A stretch of 64,000 nucleotides of DNA from a virus (IMGVR_UViG_3300032053_007880:3740-67739); one strand, 5' to 3'; counted from the stretch's first letter, positions 19,643 to 29,297 are shown. Numbers and translations: made by a program. The notes: generated from the sequence alone by a model not told the origin.

Positions 19643-20181
19643 AGAATTCCAGTTCCTCCAACAACAACTCCACCACGTGCAGGAATGAAACTACGAGAAA
19701 CCGACAACCCTCCGACTTTCACACCGCCAGTAGCGATAGCCGGATTCTTCAATTTTGAAAATATACTTGTGCCGCCACCGACTACTCCGCCATAAGACCT
19801 CAACCTAGAAATACGGGTACAATCAAGTTGATTTTGAATGGCCATCAGAGATTCATCAACTTGTGCCAGATAAATCTCAACAATCTGATACAGTTCAGAA
19901 AGTTCCGCAACAGCAAAAGAATCTACATTGTAAATAGACCTTCCGTTTCTTATGAAGTCTATTCTGTGAGTCGTTTTCAGGTAAGTCAGAGTTACATTAT
20001 AATACCTGTTATCAACTTGCCAATGTGTTTTGTAGACGCTGGGACGCAATCTATCCCAGACCACGGCACAACCCTTGGTTTTTTCGATCAATTCAAGGAT
20101 CAAGATCCTCGGATAGAGATAGTCTAAGCTATAAAGATTGTCTGCCGTTATCATACCAGTATTTAGGCAGACACCGATCAA
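19639..20181 (-). CDS. Hypothetical protein, paralog domain plus GGVxVGG repeats
   Basis: ELIEKTKGCAVVW; GGVVGGG, GGVKVGG, GGVVVGG. Confidence 0.65.
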   Translation of the reverse strand: MIGVCLNTGMITADNLYSLDYLYPRILILELIEKTKGCAVVWDRLRPSVYKTHWQVDNRYYNVTLTYLKTTHRIDFIRNGRSIYNVDSFAVAELSELYQIVEIYLAQVDESLMAIQNQLDCTRISRLRSYGGVVGGGTSIFSKLKNPAIATGGVKVGGLSVSRSFIPARGGVVVGGTGIL

Positions 20182-21161
20182 TTGCCGTGTTCTGTAATCA
20201 TTCTACGGATTGTTCCGCTCTCAGATCTCATCGCAATTGAATTTGTCACAGGGCCATTTGTCGTAAATCTTACGCCTTTTAGAAGCTGGCCATCTGTAAT
20301 TCCGGTAGCAGCAAACATGCACGGGCCGTTAACAAGATCCTCTATTTTCAAAATTCTCTCTTCCAGAGCGTAACAAGAATCTCCGCTGATTGTCATTTCA
20401 CGACATTGAAGCATACCGCCCATACACTTCATGGCAGCGGCTGAAATTACTGCTTCGGGGGCACCACCAATGCTCCAATACATGTCGATGCCGCTATCTG
20501 GCACACAGGTCGCAATACAAGCAGTCACATCGCAGTCTGAGATGAATTTGATCCTACAGCCGATCTTTCTGAGTTCTTCCACCAGCGGCTTTGTACGAGG
20601 TCTATCCAGAACGCAAACAGTGACGTGTTGTGGAGATTTCCCAAGAGCAGCAGCAACTATTGCAATATTTGTAGCGGGATCTTGATCAAGGCTAATTGGC
20701 TGTATGTATTGAGCGACTTGCGGCCCAACAGCAAGCTTGTTCATGTAGAAAGTTTCAGTCTGATACATCGCTCCGACATTAGCCAATGCGATCACAGACA
20801 TCGCTTCATACCCGCCTTTGGCAGTTGGCGTTGTACCCTCGATGGGATCAATAGCAATGGAATAATCTGGAACTCCAGAACAATCTTCTCTGTAAGTCGA
20901 AGGATCATTGTAATCTGTTGCTTGAAAATCAACAGATCTGTTCAAGCCCACAATCTCACCTTGATACAATCCATGTGATTCATCTTTTTTTCCTTCTCCG
21001 ATGGCTATTTGAGCACAAAAATCAATCTTGTTCAGACGATCTCTGATCGCTTCTGTTGCTGCCAGATCAGCCGCTTCTTTGTCGCCTCGACCAACCCATT
21101 CTGCCGCATGAATCGCTCCAGCTTCTGTAGCTCTAACCAAATCCATGTGATAATTTTTCAT
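20178..21161 (-). CDS. glpX: Fructose-1,6-bisphosphatase class II
   Basis: VRATEAGA, GRGDKEAAD, IGEGKKDE, IDPIEGT, LDRPR, GGAPEAVISAAA, ATGITDG. Confidence 0.95.
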   Translation of the reverse strand: MKNYHMDLVRATEAGAIHAAEWVGRGDKEAADLAATEAIRDRLNKIDFCAQIAIGEGKKDESHGLYQGEIVGLNRSVDFQATDYNDPSTYREDCSGVPDYSIAIDPIEGTTPTAKGGYEAMSVIALANVGAMYQTETFYMNKLAVGPQVAQYIQPISLDQDPATNIAIVAAALGKSPQHVTVCVLDRPRTKPLVEELRKIGCRIKFISDCDVTACIATCVPDSGIDMYWSIGGAPEAVISAAAMKCMGGMLQCREMTISGDSCYALEERILKIEDLVNGPCMFAATGITDGQLLKGVRFTTNGPVTNSIAMRSESGTIRRMITEHGN

Positions 21162-21982
21162 AAAATTTCCTTAACTGCTTTGAAGTATATCGCATCCATC
21201 TCAGACTGAAAGTCTTTATGATAACAGATGATATCACTAGACATCATTGGAACATCTGGGTTATGTGCTTCTCTGAGTTCATCAACCGGATTGTTGAAAA
21301 AATTATCTGGATTGTAAAACTTAACTCTGATTGATCTATGAACATAGTTCATCTTCAAAATGGCCTCTCCTAATTTTGGCAGAGTCCATGGCATTGATTC
21401 TATGAACATAACTGGTTTGAACTCCTCGATAATCTTTTTCGCTCCAACCAATGCCTTAAGTTCATCGCCTTCAATATCTAACTTGATGAAATCACACGTA
21501 TTAAGATTCAAATCATCCAAAGCTATTGTTTCAACTTCGAAATCAGAATCGAAACGAGGCTCTTCTGTTAGAAAAACTCCGCCATAGTGCTGCATCTCTT
21601 CATCGTAAAATGGAACTCCAATGTCATTTTTCAGCAATGGCGATGGACAGAAAAGTTTCTTGCCAGACACATCTCCTACGGCTTTACAATGTGCTCTAAC
21701 ATTGTACAGATTGTTTGCGGCAATGTTACCGCACATTGTATAATACAAAAACTCTTGTGGCTCAAAAGCAATTACAGTGTCTGCTTTTTGAGCCAACGGG
21801 ATTGTCATGTCACCAATATTCGCACCAGCATCAATAACCACATCCCCTGATTTGATAAATCGTAACATCAAAGCAATTTGCTTCTCGTAACATTCTCCAT
21901 ACAAATCAAAAGATCTGCCAGTCCACTTATCGTTAGCCGGATAGAGCATTGGTCCATATCGGCAGTTCTTTATTTTTATCAT
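21158..21982 (-). CDS. FkbM family methyltransferase (paralog of 1714..2598)
   Basis: VIDAGANIG, AFEPQ, FIKLDIEGDE. Confidence 0.9.
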   Translation of the reverse strand: MIKIKNCRYGPMLYPANDKWTGRSFDLYGECYEKQIALMLRFIKSGDVVIDAGANIGDMTIPLAQKADTVIAFEPQEFLYYTMCGNIAANNLYNVRAHCKAVGDVSGKKLFCPSPLLKNDIGVPFYDEEMQHYGGVFLTEEPRFDSDFEVETIALDDLNLNTCDFIKLDIEGDELKALVGAKKIIEEFKPVMFIESMPWTLPKLGEAILKMNYVHRSIRVKFYNPDNFFNNPVDELREAHNPDVPMMSSDIICYHKDFQSEMDAIYFKAVKEIL

Positions 21983-22179
21983 AGATGTTCACAGTCTGGC
22001 GGTACAAAAGGTTTTGCTTCATCAATTTGTTGTTGCAATAGATTTATGATTTGATCAAGTTGAATGCTAATTTTCTGCAATAGCTTAATTTGTTCTTCCA
22101 TAGATGCCTTTATTTCAAATAGCCCCTGATTCATGATTAGCAACCAAATCCATTGTTGTTCGATAACTGTCAGAATCAA
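21979..22179 (-). CDS. Small hypothetical protein (true start probably downstream)
   Basis: Fills gap in a tightly packed minus-strand run; ATGA overlap with next gene. Confidence 0.4.
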   Translation of the reverse strand: MILTVIEQQWIWLLIMNQGLFEIKASMEEQIKLLQKISIQLDQIINLLQQQIDEAKPFVPPDCEHL

Positions 22180-22504
22180 AATGTTGAGTTGAGAATTCCA
22201 AAATTACAGTGTCTTCGATAGCCTGTATTTGATGTTTCAAGCCGGGCTCTACATGAAAAGCATAACCCGGATTCATCTGCAAATAAGAAAAGTCCTTTTC
22301 ATCAGAGCCATAGGTCATCCAAATGAGACCAGACTCAACAAAAAGGACTTCATCTTTTAGATCGTGGTGATGGTAACTCAACCACCAGCCTTGTTTAATG
22401 AACAGCTTCTTCCCACAATATTTTTCACTGTTGCAAATCCAAAGTTCCCAGCCCCACCGCTTGGGAACATAATTCATTTCACGTGGTTTTATCAAGCCGC
22501 TCAT
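22115..22504 (-). CDS. Cupin domain protein (sugar isomerase-like)
   Basis: VPKRWGWE, YCGK, LSYHHH..KDE, PGLKH, LEFST. Confidence 0.85.
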   Translation of the reverse strand: MSGLIKPREMNYVPKRWGWELWICNSEKYCGKKLFIKQGWWLSYHHHDLKDEVLFVESGLIWMTYGSDEKDFSYLQMNPGYAFHVEPGLKHQIQAIEDTVILEFSTQHFDSDSYRTTMDLVANHESGAI

Positions 22505-22512
22505 GTTTCTCC

Positions 22513-23112
22513 TTATCCGGTGAAATATACCCCTTTTTTGCCACGGATACCGACATAGGGGCTATTTGCTGCATTGTAAGCAGCCCACACATCTTCATCA
22601 TAGAATTCTGAGATCGCTTTTAAGAAGAAAGGGATCGCTTCGTCCAAATTATGTGGAACAAAATGATTTGCATCCACCCCAACATTCACAGAATTCAACT
22701 GATACTTCCAAGCTCCGTGAATGTGTCCCACCAAATTGAACATATCATGCACGGCTCGACTGGGATAATGCGTGACATTGCATTTAATTCCAGCCACATC
22801 CAATTCCAGCCCTTGCCCTTCTGGAACCACTTCTTGAAAATGCTTTAGCAACTGATCGTCTGTAAAAACACGATCATGGTTCCCTCTAAAGACAATTTTC
22901 TTGCCATTGAATCGGTCTACTTCTCCCAGAAACTCTGGGTACTTCTGATAACACACATCGCCAACCATATACACCAGATCATCTGGTGCAACAATTGCAT
23001 TGTGTCGTTCGACCAAAACTTCAATCATTTCTCTTTGATCTTTGAATGGCCTCTGCATGATAGCCATTCGATCTTCACCCAAATGCCAATCGGCTGTAAT
23101 CCATCGTTTCAT
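22513..23112 (-). CDS. Calcineurin-like metallophosphoesterase
   Basis: ADWHLG, VGD, GNHD, THYP, GHIH, NVGVD. Confidence 0.9.
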   Translation of the reverse strand: MKRWITADWHLGEDRMAIMQRPFKDQREMIEVLVERHNAIVAPDDLVYMVGDVCYQKYPEFLGEVDRFNGKKIVFRGNHDRVFTDDQLLKHFQEVVPEGQGLELDVAGIKCNVTHYPSRAVHDMFNLVGHIHGAWKYQLNSVNVGVDANHFVPHNLDEAIPFFLKAISEFYDEDVWAAYNAANSPYVGIRGKKGVYFTG

Positions 23113-23599
23113 CAGTTCTTTCATCCTTGAAATCAGGGGCACGGCATACAGCCGCTAGAAGAAGAAAATTTAGATCGTCGTACACAACGGCGTCTTTATT
23201 CTCTTGCGAAATCAACCAGTCTAAATATCTTGTGCTAGCAGCACCAACTGGTCTTCCATAAAGAACACGTTCGGGGGATTTAGCAACCCAATACCCGAAC
23301 TCTACATTTGTCGTAAGAGCAGGCATTGTTTCCATGTTCCGAGGAACCCAGAATACAATCACCGAAGCAAGCTCTAATCCTGCTCGCTCCCACGAAACTT
23401 GATCTGTATAATCAAATTGAACAGACCAATCTTTTCTCTCTGGAACTAAAACTGTTCCCTCAAATCCAGCTTCTTCAAGAATTTTGATAGCAACTGGACG
23501 CCAAGATGGAATCACGGCACCCACGCCAGTCGGACCTGCCAAAAAAATTCCAACATCTCTTCCATCAAATTCCTCATCGTCAGAATACAAGACTCTCAA
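23075..23599 (-). CDS. Nucleoside 2-deoxyribosyltransferase-like protein
   Basis: IFLAGPT...SWR, QVSWE, IVFWVPR, TTNVEFG. Confidence 0.85.
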   Translation of the reverse strand: MRVLYSDDEEFDGRDVGIFLAGPTGVGAVIPSWRPVAIKILEEAGFEGTVLVPERKDWSVQFDYTDQVSWERAGLELASVIVFWVPRNMETMPALTTNVEFGYWVAKSPERVLYGRPVGAASTRYLDWLISQENKDAVVYDDLNFLLLAAVCRAPDFKDERTDETMDYSRLAFG

Positions 23600-23775
23600 G
23601 GCTTATCATCTCCTTCTTCAAGAACTTCCAATTGCTTGACATCGAATGTGTCAATGCCTTCTGGCCAGCAACAAATATCTCGTTGCAACTCCGCAACGAT
23701 GTTCTGGCCTTGTTCATTCATACAAATGATCTTGCTGCCACGCTTGACCATTATGTGTTGTCTTTCAATTTCCAT
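23596..23775 (-). CDS. Small hypothetical protein (59 aa)
   Basis: Manual translation MEIERQHIMVKRG...EEGDDKP fills the gap and overlaps both neighbours. Confidence 0.5.
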   Translation of the reverse strand: MEIERQHIMVKRGSKIICMNEQGQNIVAELQRDICCWPEGIDTFDVKQLEVLEEGDDKP

Positions 23776-24358
23776 CGTTCAAAGCTCCTGCTTTCCAGAT
23801 GTCTCCATTTTTCATTCGCTTTTCATCTTCGTAACACATGGTGTTACGTCTGTAAGCTTCGTTCTTAACGTGATCAAGCACTCCACGAATCACCAATTGA
23901 CGACGAAAAGCCATAGTGGCGTCTTTGTTGTTGCCGCCGACATTGACTGTTTCAATTTGACTCATGATCTTGTCAAGAACGCCATTCATATAAGCTCTGG
24001 CACCATACCCTGCTTGTGCAAATGCCGTAGAGTCTCCAAGGAAGCCCCAATACACAGCACTGATGGCATAGTTCATTTCTCCTGCCGCAGACATCGGGTC
24101 TGTGCGATTGAGAGCTACAGCGATGCTGTCCGCAGCATTCTCCAACGACTTCCTCTTGCTTTCGTTGAAGAAAGTCGAATTGAATGCCGGACTTGTGTAA
24201 TCTGGAACTCCCAGAAACTTACGCACCAAACGATTTACAAAATACCCAAAGAATTCTCCCTTAAGATAAGGGTTGTCATTGGGATCATTGAGTATGCCCA
24301 ATGTGTTTTCAATGAACGTATGAAACTTAACTCTGTCTTCTTGCTTAATGTACGGCAT
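23765..24358 (-). CDS. Conserved phage protein (MPYI...YEDxKxxxNGD type)
   Basis: MPYIKQEDR start with AAGGAG RBS; GEMNY; EAYRR..YEDEKRMKNGD. Confidence 0.65.
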   Translation of the reverse strand: MPYIKQEDRVKFHTFIENTLGILNDPNDNPYLKGEFFGYFVNRLVRKFLGVPDYTSPAFNSTFFNESKRKSLENAADSIAVALNRTDPMSAAGEMNYAISAVYWGFLGDSTAFAQAGYGARAYMNGVLDKIMSQIETVNVGGNNKDATMAFRRQLVIRGVLDHVKNEAYRRNTMCYEDEKRMKNGDIWKAGALNDGN

Positions 24359-25037
24359 CTTTTTCTCCTTTGAATTCAAACACAAAGTGTTCCGCAAACG
24401 GAACCAACTTGGTGTCAACTATGTCATAAAGTTCATCAATCGTTCCGTCGTTTCTGACGAATACATCAAACAGGTTCATCCCTGCTGGCGGTTGAGAAGC
24501 GTCTGGCAAAACGCCAGTTAAGGTTTCATAATCAACATCTCTCAAGTCCACGAACTTTGCAGTGGGAGAGAACGCTTTGAAGCACCAGTCGATATACGGT
24601 CGAATCTGGGCTTCTGATCCATTTGGATCATCATTAAGTCTATCTGGCCTGCCAATCAAAACATTCAATCCACCCTCATCTTTGACACGAGTGAACTCAT
24701 TGATGTAGCGAACATCTGAAATGATCTTTGGATTTGAATCTCTAAAAGCAAGATCCAACCAGATAGTTCCTCGAATCTTACGGAACCCATCTCCGATAAA
24801 TTGAAGAGCTTGTCGAACAGGCATGTCGAATCCGGGAGGAGCTTCCGCTTTCACCTTCCACTCTTCAACAAAAGCCATATCAACTCCGAATGTTTCGCAA
24901 TACACTCGTTTGACGTTGGACGCAAATGCTGATCGCATCCATTTTGGTTGAGACACGTTCAATTTTTCACAAAGACGATCAGCCAGTGTGTCTTTGCCGT
25001 GTTGTGCCTGTGAAGCAACTCCAATTACAAATGCCAT
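24345..25037 (-). CDS. Deoxynucleoside monophosphate kinase (T4 gp1-like)
   Basis: HGKDTLA P-loop, AFAS.VK, RQALQFIG, ISDVRYINE, NDGT. Confidence 0.82.
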   Translation of the reverse strand: MAFVIGVASQAQHGKDTLADRLCEKLNVSQPKWMRSAFASNVKRVYCETFGVDMAFVEEWKVKAEAPPGFDMPVRQALQFIGDGFRKIRGTIWLDLAFRDSNPKIISDVRYINEFTRVKDEGGLNVLIGRPDRLNDDPNGSEAQIRPYIDWCFKAFSPTAKFVDLRDVDYETLTGVLPDASQPPAGMNLFDVFVRNDGTIDELYDIVDTKLVPFAEHFVFEFKGEKDAVH

Positions 25038-25054
25038 TCTCAGTCCTCCTTGAT

Positions 25055-25354
25055 TTATTGTGCTTTCAAAGCGTCTACTTTGCTTTGAATGGTTTGTTTT
25101 CTGACCAATCCAGCCAGTTGATCTACAACTTTGCCGTCTTTCATAAACAACAGTCTTGGGATTGATGAAATACTGTACTCTGCCGCCAAGTTTGGGTTTT
25201 CATCAGTATTGACTTTTACAATCTTAACACCTGTTACTTGCTCTAAAACTGGGGCTAACATCCTGCAAGGCCCACACCAATCTGCGTAAAAATCCACCAA
25301 CACAAGACCTTCTTTAGTCTCTGACTCAAAATTGCTTTCATTAACGATTTTCAT
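25055..25354 (-). CDS. trxA: Thioredoxin
   Basis: VDFYADWCGPC, SIP. Confidence 0.95.
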   Translation of the reverse strand: MKIVNESNFESETKEGLVLVDFYADWCGPCRMLAPVLEQVTGVKIVKVNTDENPNLAAEYSISSIPRLLFMKDGKVVDQLAGLVRKQTIQSKVDALKAQ

Positions 25355-25802
25355 TATTTAACTCCCAATGTATTTCTGTGTGACAGTTCTTGCAAACAAG
25401 AATGCACTTTTTCAATTCTTCAACTATCTTGTCCCAACTCTGGAAACGCAGAGTGTTCCACTGATGTTCTTTTTGCTCTGGATCTATGTGATGAAAATCC
25501 AATGCAGCAAAACATTTTTTGTATCCACACTTGCAGCACTTGCCGCCCATGTATTCTACCGCTTTTTCTTTTTTAACTCTACATCTCTTATGTCTACATG
25601 AACGACAAATATTGTGTCTGTCTGGATCGAAATGATTTTCATCATCCGTTCCACATTTCTTGCATAATTTTTTTGGAGCAGTTTGTAGTTTATGTTTCAG
25701 CATCCAGTAGTAAATCGTATTTACATGGACTCCCAACTCAACTGCCATTTGTTTTCTGTAATAACCTTTTGCAATAAGGTCTTGTAAAATTGATTTTTCC
25801 AT
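25341..25802 (-). CDS. HNH homing endonuclease with N-terminal HTH
   Basis: MAVELGVH.NTI HTH; GGKCCKCGY...ALDFHH...KCILVCKNCH. Confidence 0.88.
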   Translation of the reverse strand: MEKSILQDLIAKGYYRKQMAVELGVHVNTIYYWMLKHKLQTAPKKLCKKCGTDDENHFDPDRHNICRSCRHKRCRVKKEKAVEYMGGKCCKCGYKKCFAALDFHHIDPEQKEHQWNTLRFQSWDKIVEELKKCILVCKNCHTEIHWELNNENR

Positions 25803-25807
25803 GACCT

Positions 25808-25851
25808 ATGTATGTTTTTGATGTAAAAGTTTTTACATCAAAAACATACAT
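25808..25851. repeat. Perfect 21-bp inverted repeat with 2-nt spacer
   Basis: atgtatgtttttgatgtaaaa-gt-ttttacatcaaaaacatacat. Confidence 0.95.
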
Positions 25852-25933
25852 TTTGTCTTTTGGTTAAATTACGGTATATTAGAGTGTCAGCAGACACGCA
25901 TTTCACCATTTTTTAAGATGGGAGTCAATATCA

Positions 25934-26287
25934 ATGTCCAACAAACAAATCGAACGTATCTGTAATAACTGTCAACTTTATGACGCAAAATCTGGAGAAT
26001 GTTCTGTTGTTGTTCTTCATGGAGGCAGAAGATTCAAAGTTCCAATGGAACCACAAGACAAATGTCTTTATGAAACCGAGTATTTCAACCCTACCACAAA
26101 GTCAATGGAAGACATGGCTGGAGATATTCAAGAAGTGAAATTCTGGCTAGAAAACGACAAAGGCCAAAAGGTGGGGAAAAAGAAGTGGTGGCAATTCTGG
26201 AAGATGAACGAAAAAACAGTGGTTAAGATGGAGTACCCACAAGGCTTTTTCGGCAAAGAAAAAGAACTTGAAGAGATGGGCGATTAA
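25934..26287 (+). CDS. Hypothetical protein
   Basis: GGAG RBS; CNNC..C..C motif. Confidence 0.6.
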   Translation: MSNKQIERICNNCQLYDAKSGECSVVVLHGGRRFKVPMEPQDKCLYETEYFNPTTKSMEDMAGDIQEVKFWLENDKGQKVGKKKWWQFWKMNEKTVVKMEYPQGFFGKEKELEEMGD

Positions 26288-26520
26288 AACCCCTCTAAAG
26301 CCCAATCTACTATGTGCTCATTCTTTCTAACAGGCGGCCCCCACAATTCATCTGTTGACAAAAACTCTGAAGTTTCTGAATTTCTGACAGTTATGTCAAA
26401 AGTCCCATCGGGATCATACATTATGATCACCTGTCTGCATTTTTCCTTGGTGTCAAAGTTTTTTAACCAAGGAGAGCCACTTACCCATATCTCATACATA
26501 TCAAACCTTAAGCTCCTCAA
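26284..26520 (-). CDS. Small hypothetical protein ending WxxEGF
   Basis: C-terminus DWALEGF shared in pattern with ORF 50856..51191. Confidence 0.5.
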   Translation of the reverse strand: MRSLRFDMYEIWVSGSPWLKNFDTKEKCRQVIIMYDPDGTFDITVRNSETSEFLSTDELWGPPVRKNEHIVDWALEGF

Positions 26521-26558
26521 TTAGTTCATCAGCCCTCAAGCATCCAGTGAATTCCACC

Positions 26559-28613
26559 TTAAACATCAATTGAATCTTGTATCTCTATCATCCTCGCACC
26601 TTCCAAGGCTTCTTCTGCTAACTTAGTGCTGCACTTCATGATTTTAGAAAGGCTGCTGGCATCATAGTTCAAGAAGTCGCCCAACGTCTTGATCTTTTTG
26701 TCTTTGAGTCTGTTTGCTCTGACATGACCGACGTTTGGAATCTGAACCAATTCAATCAGATCTGCCTCTACACCATACTGAAGACGCATCTTGAAAGTCT
26801 TAAACCATTTTTGCTTGTCCCATTTACAACTCATGTTGTCGATGGCGTTGACGACCTGCATTGTACGTTCCAGATCAACTAACAGTGATCCTTGCAAAGC
26901 AGCAAAGGCTTCAACCCTTTTTCCCTTCAGCATGTTGAAGTAAGCAAATCCATACTTGATGGCACCCAACAAGAACGTGTCTTTGCCAAACAGCCGTTCC
27001 ACTTTGCCTTGAAACGTCCCCATCTCCTCTTTCTCGTGACGATTAGCAATGGCCCATTTATTCGTATCCACATTCCCCATTGCCATAGCAAGAGCATAGT
27101 CATTGTCTTCAAGCTTCTGATCAAACACATGCTTGAAGTTTCTTCGCAGATCGGCTACGTCAAATGGACTGTAGTAAAACATCGAAGCGACTTTTCCGAT
27201 GGCGGTGCATTTGTATTCGCCATCTTCAACAATGATTGCTCGCTTTTCTTCCAACATTTGTATCGTGCGATCCACAACAGCATCATTGAAATCTTGATTT
27301 TGATGATGAGCAAGACTTTTGCGAAACCACAGATGAAATCCTTCCTTGGTCTTGATGCTGCCGTGATGAATTTCACTGACAACATGAAAAGCCAAAGTCT
27401 TATAGTGAGGATTTTCTGGCTTACCGATGTAAGTCAACATCGTCGAACGAATGAGAGACTTTTCTTTAAGTCTGGCAATCTCTTCTTTCTTTGTGCTCTC
27501 TGGCACCAAAATGTAAGCATCACCACGAGGGTCATACTTGGGGCGACCTGCACGTCCTACCTCTTGCCAGATGTCATAATTTTCAACAACGGTCAAGCCT
27601 CTGTGAATCCCAGTGACAATCACACGACGAGCCGGAAGATTAAGTCCCCATGCCAATGTTGAAGTAGCAACCACACAGCGAAAGCTTGGGTCGTTCTTGA
27701 AGCGATCTTCAAGATCACGTCTTTTCTTCAGCCCCAGATCAGCATTATGGAATTCCGCAGTAACTCCATGTTGATCCAACGCCTCAATCATCAACTTGCC
27801 GGTTCGCTTAGTGTGAACAAAGATCAAAAACTTGTCATTTGGGTAATAGTCTACGATGGAACAAGCAGAATTTACCTTTTGTTCTTCTTTGGCATCGTAG
27901 GACTTATCGCCGTCATAGTAAGCCTCATAATGAATACTCAAAGGACAAGGACGATAATCAGACTCCAAGAAGTATGTGTCTCTGCCGGTCAGTTTTGTAG
28001 TCCAGCCACAAATCTCATCGACATTAGGCATTGTGGCCGACAACAACACAATTCTAACCTCTGGATTGATCTCCATCATCTTCATCAAAGCGACTTCAAT
28101 ATGGTCGCCTCGACCGGGTACAGTCAACAAGTGGCTCTCATCAAAAACGATGGTCCCAACATCAGACAAAAACTTGCTTTTGTCTGACTTGTTGTTGCGA
28201 CATCTACTCGCCAGCATTTCTGGCGTCATCACAATCAGATCCGATTTGTCTAACTCTGAAATACGACTGCCGGTAAACCGAAAGTCACCAGTCACAATCG
28301 CTGTGTTGATGTCGTTAAAATGATGCTTATCATCGGTCCAGTCTTGTTCTTTTTCACTGGCCAATGCTTTCAGAGGGCCAACATAGATGCCCCTGCCGCC
28401 TCGTTTCCTGATCTCGTAGGAAAGATACATCTCAGCACAAACAGTTTTGCCTGCTGATGTCGCCGCCGCAATCGCCACATTTCCATCACCAGCATAAGTG
28501 TCCATAAGACGACTTTGAACTGGATTGAACTCCTCAAAATCCCAAGAAGCGTACTTGAAATTTTTGGTTGGAACCAATGTTGGGCTATCGCTGATTCTAA
28601 TCACTTCAGGCAT
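26559..28613 (-). CDS. Ski2-like / Hel308-type SF2 helicase
   Basis: FNPVQ, AATSAGKT, PLKALA, TGD, TPE, DESH, LSAT, FHNADL, ATSTLAWGLNLPA, GRAGRP, C-terminal HhH. Confidence 0.92.
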   Translation of the reverse strand: MPEVIRISDSPTLVPTKNFKYASWDFEEFNPVQSRLMDTYAGDGNVAIAAATSAGKTVCAEMYLSYEIRKRGGRGIYVGPLKALASEKEQDWTDDKHHFNDINTAIVTGDFRFTGSRISELDKSDLIVMTPEMLASRCRNNKSDKSKFLSDVGTIVFDESHLLTVPGRGDHIEVALMKMMEINPEVRIVLLSATMPNVDEICGWTTKLTGRDTYFLESDYRPCPLSIHYEAYYDGDKSYDAKEEQKVNSACSIVDYYPNDKFLIFVHTKRTGKLMIEALDQHGVTAEFHNADLGLKKRRDLEDRFKNDPSFRCVVATSTLAWGLNLPARRVIVTGIHRGLTVVENYDIWQEVGRAGRPKYDPRGDAYILVPESTKKEEIARLKEKSLIRSTMLTYIGKPENPHYKTLAFHVVSEIHHGSIKTKEGFHLWFRKSLAHHQNQDFNDAVVDRTIQMLEEKRAIIVEDGEYKCTAIGKVASMFYYSPFDVADLRRNFKHVFDQKLEDNDYALAMAMGNVDTNKWAIANRHEKEEMGTFQGKVERLFGKDTFLLGAIKYGFAYFNMLKGKRVEAFAALQGSLLVDLERTMQVVNAIDNMSCKWDKQKWFKTFKMRLQYGVEADLIELVQIPNVGHVRANRLKDKKIKTLGDFLNYDASSLSKIMKCSTKLAEEALEGARMIEIQDSIDV

Positions 28614-28645
28614 TTGATCTCTCCTATGACTATCTTAATCGCCAA

Positions 28646-29230
28646 CTAACGGAGGTTATACCTGAGACACATCAAGACATCAAGTGCGTCTTCTATGGCA
28701 CCATGTGCAATGTCTTTATTGATCCCAGCACGCTTCAGACATTCTTTAAGATTTGGTGGGGCTTCATCTGTAAATGGATTATAGAACATACTGCCGGGAT
28801 CGAGAATTCTGCGATGAAACTTTGTGTGATTTCCAAAGCCAATCTTCTGTAAAAATTTCAGATCAAAACCCGAGAAATTCTTGCCTGCAATCACAGCTTC
28901 ATCCACACCATGCGACTTCAACCAAGCAGCGAATGATTCATCAAGACAATCGGCTGGCATGTAATTGAAGTGTGGAGTTCTTAGAGCTATACGCTCTATG
29001 ATTTTGGCATTCATCATCATGGCATAAATTTCGCCACGATATCTGTTATCTTCTTTTGTCAAGTATGTTTGAAATCTCGGCAATTGATCCAGAGGTGTTT
29101 CCAGATCATCCAGAACTGCTCCAAACTCAATGATGTCACAGTATTCTTCATCAAGACCTAATGTCTCGATGTCGATGCTGACATATTTCCATTTGGTTTT
29201 TTCAACAACCGGTGCTGGTCCCATCATCAC
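28646..29230 (-). CDS. DEDDh 3'-5' exonuclease
   Basis: SIDIETLGL, GKNFSGFD, HGAIEDA. Confidence 0.88.
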   Translation of the reverse strand: MMMGPAPVVEKTKWKYVSIDIETLGLDEEYCDIIEFGAVLDDLETPLDQLPRFQTYLTKEDNRYRGEIYAMMMNAKIIERIALRTPHFNYMPADCLDESFAAWLKSHGVDEAVIAGKNFSGFDLKFLQKIGFGNHTKFHRRILDPGSMFYNPFTDEAPPNLKECLKRAGINKDIAHGAIEDALDVLMCLRYNLR

Positions 29231-29255
29231 TTATTCTCCTTAGAAATGAATTGAA

Positions 29256-29290
29256 AAAGAAAAAGCGGACTGTAAGTCCGCTTTTTCTTT
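29256..29290. terminator. Rho-independent terminator (potentially bidirectional)
   Basis: aaagaaaaagcggac-tgtaa-gtccgctttttcttt. Confidence 0.82.
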
Positions 29291-29297
29291 ATGAAAC

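Noticed and set aside
23636-24373. 245-aa plus-strand ORF
   Set aside because: Antisense to a tightly packed minus-strand operon; no motifs.
26892-27662. 256-aa plus-strand ORF
   Set aside because: Antisense shadow of the Ski2-like helicase.
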